Assembly: GCA_027491435.1 (NCBI GenBank)
Contig: JAOZFG010000040.1
Span: 1 to 40,769, forward strand
Length of the DNA stretch: 40,769 nucleotides
Origin: Thermoproteota archaeon
GTDB taxonomy: Archaea; Korarchaeota; Korarchaeia; Korarchaeales; Korarchaeaceae
Direction: 5' to 3'
The notes below the pieces were generated by a model. That model saw nothing but the letters and a program-made list of their open reading frames with translations, did not search any database and had not been told where the DNA came from. Positions 36,022 through 40,769 of the stretch are shown in pieces (position 1 is the first letter of the stretch; each line of letters opens with the position of its first letter). Made by a program: the position numbers and the translations under genes.

Positions 36022-37232
36022 ACGGGGACCATACCATCTATCAACCTGTTGACGAACTCCCCTATGTTCTCTATCTCCCTGGCCAGTATGTCCTCTACCC
36101 TCTCCTTAACCGACTTGAAGTCCTCCTCCGTGTAAACTTCGGCTGCGGCCATGGCCGGGTCGTTTATCGGAACCCCTATCTTGCTGAGCAACCACACGTA
36201 GACTTCCTGAACCTCAGGCACCTCCTCCACTATCTTCCTAGCTATCTCGTGGGTGTAAGCGTTGTATATCTTTCCTACGTGGCTTATCGGGTTCTTGCCG
36301 GCAGCCGCCTCCGAGCTCCTAGGCCTCATCAGGGGGATCACCCCATTTACTCCGTTACCCCTTCCGACTTGTCCTGAGTCGCCTCCCTCGGCTGAGGTGC
36401 CTAGGACCGTGAGGTAAACTCCATGGACGCCCCTGCCCCTGACGTCCAAGGTGTTCAGGTGGACGGTAATTTCGTCAAACTGGTCTGAGTACCTCTCGTT
36501 CAGGAAGGCCACTATCCTCTCCTTCACCTCCTCCTTCTTCCTGAAGTAATCGTTTTCAGACTCAATAAACCTGTCCACGAAGGCCATGGCTATAGTCAGA
36601 TCTAGGTGGCCGTTATGCCTGCTTCCCATTATCTTTATATCCTCACCGGTCTCAGGATAAGACTTCTTGAACTCCGGTGAGTTCAGGTACCTCTCGAGTT
36701 CGAGGACCACCTTCTCGGTCCTAGACAGGGGGGCATAGCCGACAGCTGCTGAAGTATCATTAGCCCCCTTGACCTGCTCTCCCCTCCTGAATATGTCCGT
36801 AAGTTCAGCGCTACCTGGCTTTAGCTCTACCTGGTACCTCACGTGTTCATCCGGGTCCACGAACCTTAGGTTCTCCTTGATCCAGTGCTTAGCAGCGTTT
36901 ATCACTATCTCCTCAACGGAGATAACCTCCCCCATGAACTCAGTCGTGGCCCTGTCCCCGAAGACTATGAGCATAGGACTTACTACTTCCCCTCCCCCGA
37001 ACTTGGGGTTCGTCACTCCGGCAGCTAGTAAGGACTTGTCTGCGTTGTAATGCAGGATGCCCCCAAACCTCCGCATATATTCCTTGTTTAGCTCTAGAGC
37101 TACCCTCTCCATTATGCCGTCGGTCATCGTGTCGGGATGCCCCAGGCCCTTCCTCTCGACTATCTCAATGGGCTGTCTGTCCATGGGAATCCTGTTGCAC
37201 CGAGAAACCTTGATAAGCCCCATGAGCGACAC
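36015..37232 (-). CDS. mat: Archaeal S-adenosylmethionine synthetase
   Basis: VERKGLGHPDT, HYNADK, ANDTS, GEDIK.MG, GQVGRGN, GKNP.SHVGKIYN. Confidence 0.95.
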   Translation of the reverse strand: MSLMGLIKVSRCNRIPMDRQPIEIVERKGLGHPDTMTDGIMERVALELNKEYMRRFGGILHYNADKSLLAAGVTNPKFGGGEVVSPMLIVFGDRATTEFMGEVISVEEIVINAAKHWIKENLRFVDPDEHVRYQVELKPGSAELTDIFRRGEQVKGANDTSAAVGYAPLSRTEKVVLELERYLNSPEFKKSYPETGEDIKIMGSRHNGHLDLTIAMAFVDRFIESENDYFRKKEEVKERIVAFLNERYSDQFDEITVHLNTLDVRGRGVHGVYLTVLGTSAEGGDSGQVGRGNGVNGVIPLMRPRSSEAAAGKNPISHVGKIYNAYTHEIARKIVEEVPEVQEVYVWLLSKIGVPINDPAMAAAEVYTEEDFKSVKERVEDILAREIENIGEFVNRLIDGMVPVY

Positions 37233-37296
37233 CGCAAAACCGGCATATTCATAATTGATAAACTTCTCTACTCGCTGATTACTGAGAGGTGGTTTA

Positions 37297-38352
37297 ATGC
37301 TCTACATACTCTTCACCACCGGCGCTTGCAACCTAAGGTGCACCTACTGCGGCGGCAGTATACCCAGGGAGTTAGTACCTTGGAGCATAAGTTACAGCGT
37401 TGAGGAGCTAAGAAAGTTTATTGGCAAGGATCCAGACCCCATAATAGCTTTCTACGGGGGAGAGCCCCTTCTAAATCCCGACTTCATCATGGAGGTGATG
37501 GACTCCCTCGAGGCCAAGTTCGTGATACAGACTAACGGAACCCTCGTTAAGAGGTTGCCCGTGGACTACTGGATGAGATTTGACGCTGTGCTCATGTCAA
37601 TAGATGGTAGAAAGGAGGTCAACGACCTCTATAGGGGGAAGGGGAATTATGATAGGGTAGTGGAGGCAGCTAAGTGGCTGAAGGAAATGGGCTTCAAGGG
37701 CGACCTGATAGCTAGGATGGCCTTATGGTATGCGAGCGACGTCTACGAGGACGTGAAACACTTGCTTTACCTGGGCCCCTTCGATCACGTTCACTGGCAG
37801 CTCAACGTGGTTTGGACCGAGAGGTGGGACTTTGAGGGGTGGGCTAGGAGCTCTTACCTTCCTGGGATAAAGAAGCTGGTAGACCTCTGGATTGAGGAGA
37901 TGGGGAAGGGAGTAGTTCTGGGAATAGTCCCCTTCCTGGGGATAATGAAGGTTGAATTGTTCAACGAGTGGACGGCCCCTCCTTGCGGGGCTGGGGTGGA
38001 GTCCTTCTCTGTACTGCCTGACGGCAGGATACTGGCATGTCCTATAGCCTTCGACGTGAGCTGGTCACTAGTAGGGGACTTAAGAAGGGGGATAGAGAGG
38101 AAGGTTTTCATAGGAGAGCCCTGCACTTCCTGCCCTTACTTCAAGTACTGCGGTGGGAGGTGCCTTTACGCATACAAGGAGAGGCTCTGGGGGGAGGAGG
38201 GGTTCAGGTCCATTTGCGACATCACCAAGAGGACAATTGACTACGTCCTCTCAGCCAAGAAGAGGATACTTTCCCTGATTAGGGAAGGCGTGATAACCAA
38301 AGAACAGCTTTACTACCCCCCGTTTAACAACACTACTGAGATAATACCATAG
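37297..38352 (+). CDS. Radical SAM/SPASM enzyme (TIGR04084/AF_0577-like)
   Basis: CNLRCTYCGG, FYGGEP, HWQL, SPASM CGAG...CP...CTSC....CGGRCLY, C-terminal EIIP. Confidence 0.85.
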   Translation: MLYILFTTGACNLRCTYCGGSIPRELVPWSISYSVEELRKFIGKDPDPIIAFYGGEPLLNPDFIMEVMDSLEAKFVIQTNGTLVKRLPVDYWMRFDAVLMSIDGRKEVNDLYRGKGNYDRVVEAAKWLKEMGFKGDLIARMALWYASDVYEDVKHLLYLGPFDHVHWQLNVVWTERWDFEGWARSSYLPGIKKLVDLWIEEMGKGVVLGIVPFLGIMKVELFNEWTAPPCGAGVESFSVLPDGRILACPIAFDVSWSLVGDLRRGIERKVFIGEPCTSCPYFKYCGGRCLYAYKERLWGEEGFRSICDITKRTIDYVLSAKKRILSLIREGVITKEQLYYPPFNNTTEIIP

Positions 38353-38363
38353 GGTGATCCTTC

Positions 38364-38648
38364 TTGAACTGGGAAGAGGTTTTGGTTGAGGCTTTTAAAA
38401 ATGAAACCAGGTTGAGGATCATCAAGGTTCTGGCATCTGGCAGGAAGAACATAAGCAGGATAGTCAGAGAGACCGGCAAATCTTACGTTTCAGTTGAGAG
38501 GAACCTTGAAGGTTTGAGGAATGCGGGCATAGTGAGGGAAAGCAGGTTAGGGAGGATTAGGCTTTATGAGCTGAGCGATGATGAATATGTGAGGAGAATA
38601 CTGGGGTGTATATTAGGTGTCGTGGGAGGAGTTCGACAGGATAGCTGA
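38364..38648 (+). CDS. ArsR-family winged-helix regulator
   Basis: TRLRIIKVL, NISRIVRETG....V.RNL..L...GIV.E.RLGRIRLY. Confidence 0.8.
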   Translation: MNWEEVLVEAFKNETRLRIIKVLASGRKNISRIVRETGKSYVSVERNLEGLRNAGIVRESRLGRIRLYELSDDEYVRRILGCILGVVGGVRQDS

Positions 38649-39216
38649 GAAATACGACAGGTGGTACGAGGAACACTTAGACGTTTACGAGATCGAGCTA
38701 AGCTGTCTCAGGAGTTTTAAGTGGCAGAACCCTGCTTTGGAGGTTGGGGTTGGTACTGGCAGATTTTCCTCAGCGCTGAGAATTGATATGGGGCTTGACG
38801 CCGCCCTAAGGCCTTTAATGATGGCCAGGGCCAGGAGGACTGAGGTGGTGCAGGGGCTTGCCGAGCGCCTCCCCTTTAGGGAGTCAGCATTTAACTCCGT
38901 ATTTTTCATAACATCCCTGTGCTTTCTGGACCCAGAGAAATCCTTGAGAGAGGCTTACAGAGTCTTGAAACCTGGTGGCAGGCTAATCATCTGCATAATC
39001 CCCAGGGATTCTCCTTTAGGGCAGGAGTATTCTTCAAGAGGGGAGAAGAGCGTATTCAGGTATGCCAGCTTCCTGTCTATTACAGAAATTTTCGAGATGG
39101 GGGAAGACCTTGGAATGGAAGTTGAAGCGATCTGTGAAACCCTATTCTCAAGAGGTAGGCCATGTTTTTCTTGCGTTGAGATGAAAAAGGGTAAAAGGTC
39201 CCCGAGCCCTAAATAG
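38617..39216 (+). CDS. Class I SAM-dependent methyltransferase (type 11)
   Basis: YDRWY, LEVGVGTGRF, AERLPF, EAYRVLKPGG. Confidence 0.88.
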   Translation: MSWEEFDRIAEKYDRWYEEHLDVYEIELSCLRSFKWQNPALEVGVGTGRFSSALRIDMGLDAALRPLMMARARRTEVVQGLAERLPFRESAFNSVFFITSLCFLDPEKSLREAYRVLKPGGRLIICIIPRDSPLGQEYSSRGEKSVFRYASFLSITEIFEMGEDLGMEVEAICETLFSRGRPCFSCVEMKKGKRSPSPK

Positions 39217-39217
39217 T

Positions 39218-39760
39218 ATGCCGGACGTGTTGCTTGTCGTAGACGTCCAACCCGTGTTCAAGGAAGTAATACCCAACTTCGAGGGCCTGTTGAGGAGGAT
39301 CGAGCTATCAGCAAGGGCATTCAAGGAGCTTGGATTCTCAATAGTGGGCACTGAACAGTATCCGGAGAAGTTTGGGGAGACGCCTGAGCCGCTCAGAGGC
39401 CTTTTCGACCACGTCATCAGGAAGATGACATTTAACGCTTTTCTAGAGCCCAGCTTCCTGGAGGTTTTGGGGGAGATTTCCCCTGAAGCCCTTTACATAT
39501 CTGGAATAGAGACCCACATATGCGTCTACCAAACGTCAGTTAGCGCCTTAGAAAAGGGGTACAGGACCTACTTGCTCAGGGACCTAACAGCCTCGTTCAG
39601 GGGTTTAGAAGAGAATGTAGCAGTGGAGGACCTCAGGATCAGGGGAGTCAGGATAACAACCTCAGAATCAGTTATTTATGAGAGGGTAGCAGATCCCAGG
39701 AGGGACGTCTTCAAGAGGGTGCTTCCCCTGGTCAAGGAAATGAGAAAAGTGGGTCAGTAA
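39218..39760 (+). CDS. Isochorismatase/cysteine hydrolase family protein
   Basis: VVDVQ, TEQYP, K.TF.AF, GIETHICVYQT. Confidence 0.88.
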   Translation: MPDVLLVVDVQPVFKEVIPNFEGLLRRIELSARAFKELGFSIVGTEQYPEKFGETPEPLRGLFDHVIRKMTFNAFLEPSFLEVLGEISPEALYISGIETHICVYQTSVSALEKGYRTYLLRDLTASFRGLEENVAVEDLRIRGVRITTSESVIYERVADPRRDVFKRVLPLVKEMRKVGQ

Positions 39761-40769
39761 TCGCTGACGTCCCACGGATTTCTTCTCCTTTTAACGGGCC
39801 TCTCCCTCACTTTTCTCCTCTTGACTTTAGCTGGCTTAGTGGCCTTTCTCCTCCTCTCCAGCTGGTACATTATTTCTGCCCTCTCAGCTAGTCCTTCAGG
39901 CCCTTTCCTAGACTCCCTGTAGGCCAACAAGGCAGTAGAACCCACGACTAAACCTCCTACTATGAGGGCTTCATTACCCATGCCCATGACTGAGCTGGCG
40001 CTTGTCGGAACCGTGACGTTCACCTTCCTCACTACCCAGCTGGACCAAGCCCCCCTCTCATCCCTAACCCTGAACTTTACGGTGTAGACCCCTGATTTGT
40101 CGTAGACGTGCTCTATCCTTTTATGAGGTATAAGGTTACCCTCCAGCCTACCATCCTGTGACGTCCCGTCGCCGAAGTCCCACTGATAATAGACTACCTG
40201 TCCATCAGGGTCGCTACCGCTTCCGACCACTATTAACCTGTTTCCCCCTTCGAGGAGGAAGCTTACTACAGATGCTTTGGGCGGCTTATTGCCCCTAACA
40301 GCGATGGAGAACTTGTAGACGTTTGACTTAGCCCCTTCAGGGTCGGTGACGTAGACCTTTATCTCGTATGTACCGGGCTTTGAATAAGCATGCTTAACTA
40401 GGGCGGGCCCTTTCTTACTAGTTCCATCCCCTAGGTCCCAGTAGAAAGTTACCTGTTTGCCCTCTGGATCGTAGGCAGTAGCCCTGAACTCGACCTCCTG
40501 GCTTACCTCTATCTTGGTTGGTGAGTATTCCACCTTTTCTATAACAGGGGGCTTGTTCTTGGGCGGAGGGGGAGGCGGGCTACTTACAAATATAGTTAAG
40601 CTGACAGGAGGCGATAGCTCTCCTTTGTTGTCCTTGACCCTTAAGACTACTTTGTACTCACCTGGCTTGGAATAGGAATGAGTCACCTTGGAGTAGGCTC
40701 CCTTCACGCTCTCTTTCTTGCCGTCACCGAAGTCCCAAATCATCTCCACTACATTACCGTCAGAGTCCA
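39754..40769 (-). CDS. Membrane-anchored multi-PKD-domain surface protein (5' end beyond window)
   Basis: Three WD(F/L)GDG...H.Y..PG.Y.V repeats. The frame stays open to the window edge (DSDGNVV). C-terminal TM followed by a basic tail. Confidence 0.88.
   Translation of the reverse strand, partial: DSDGNVVEMIWDFGDGKKESVKGAYSKVTHSYSKPGEYKVVLRVKDNKGELSPPVSLTIFVSSPPPPPPKNKPPVIEKVEYSPTKIEVSQEVEFRATAYDPEGKQVTFYWDLGDGTSKKGPALVKHAYSKPGTYEIKVYVTDPEGAKSNVYKFSIAVRGNKPPKASVVSFLLEGGNRLIVVGSGSDPDGQVVYYQWDFGDGTSQDGRLEGNLIPHKRIEHVYDKSGVYTVKFRVRDERGAWSSWVVRKVNVTVPTSASSVMGMGNEALIVGGLVVGSTALLAYRESRKGPEGLAERAEIMYQLERRRKATKPAKVKRRKVRERPVKRRRNPWDVSDY

Noticed and set aside
37057-37403. Short plus-strand ORFs (65 aa and 88 aa) as RiPP precursors for the radical SAM enzyme
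   Set aside because: Both overlap the mat coding region in antisense, one also overlaps the radical SAM gene, and neither has precursor-like features.
1-40769. CRISPR arrays, tRNA, rRNA or other structured RNA genes
   Set aside because: Intergenic gaps are short, and I saw no spaced direct repeats or cloverleaf motifs by eye. Small C/D-box RNAs cannot be excluded without a covariance search.

Overview
Gene-dense archaeal chromosome segment. The AGG/AGA-rich codon usage, GGTGA Shine-Dalgarno motifs, TATA-type promoters and gene content suggest a thermophilic TACK archaeon, plausibly Korarchaeota (inference). Most of the window is core genome: pgsA-like lipid synthase, trmJ-rpl10e-METTL5-csl4-DUF2067-rpoL, aglB, argG-argH, an RPA-like protein, tfs, a beta-CASP RNase, acdA, nurA-herA-mre11-rad50-hsp20-SF2 helicase, archaeal SAM synthetase and a radical SAM/SPASM enzyme. 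The left end (1-3.6 kb) is accessory. It holds a degenerate IS6-family element beside an AT-richer cassette encoding a small secreted aromatic-rich protein and a two-permease MacB/FtsX-type ABC transporter, a candidate archaeal antimicrobial or secreted-peptide locus. The most unusual sequence-level signal is at the 5' end of argG. argG has no canonical in-frame start before its essential N-terminal motif. Instead, an SD-led, Arg-rich 7-codon uORF (MRYRRSS*) ends in a TGA that overlaps an in-frame CTG, a candidate arginine-sensing leader. Other oddities: a probable ACG/ATA start, an NYN nuclease that has lost catalytic residues, an extended NDP-kinase-like protein coupled to aglB, and PspA paired with a membrane-anchored winged-helix protein. 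I saw no CRISPR array, rRNA or tRNA. All family assignments come from recognising motifs by eye; no searches were run.
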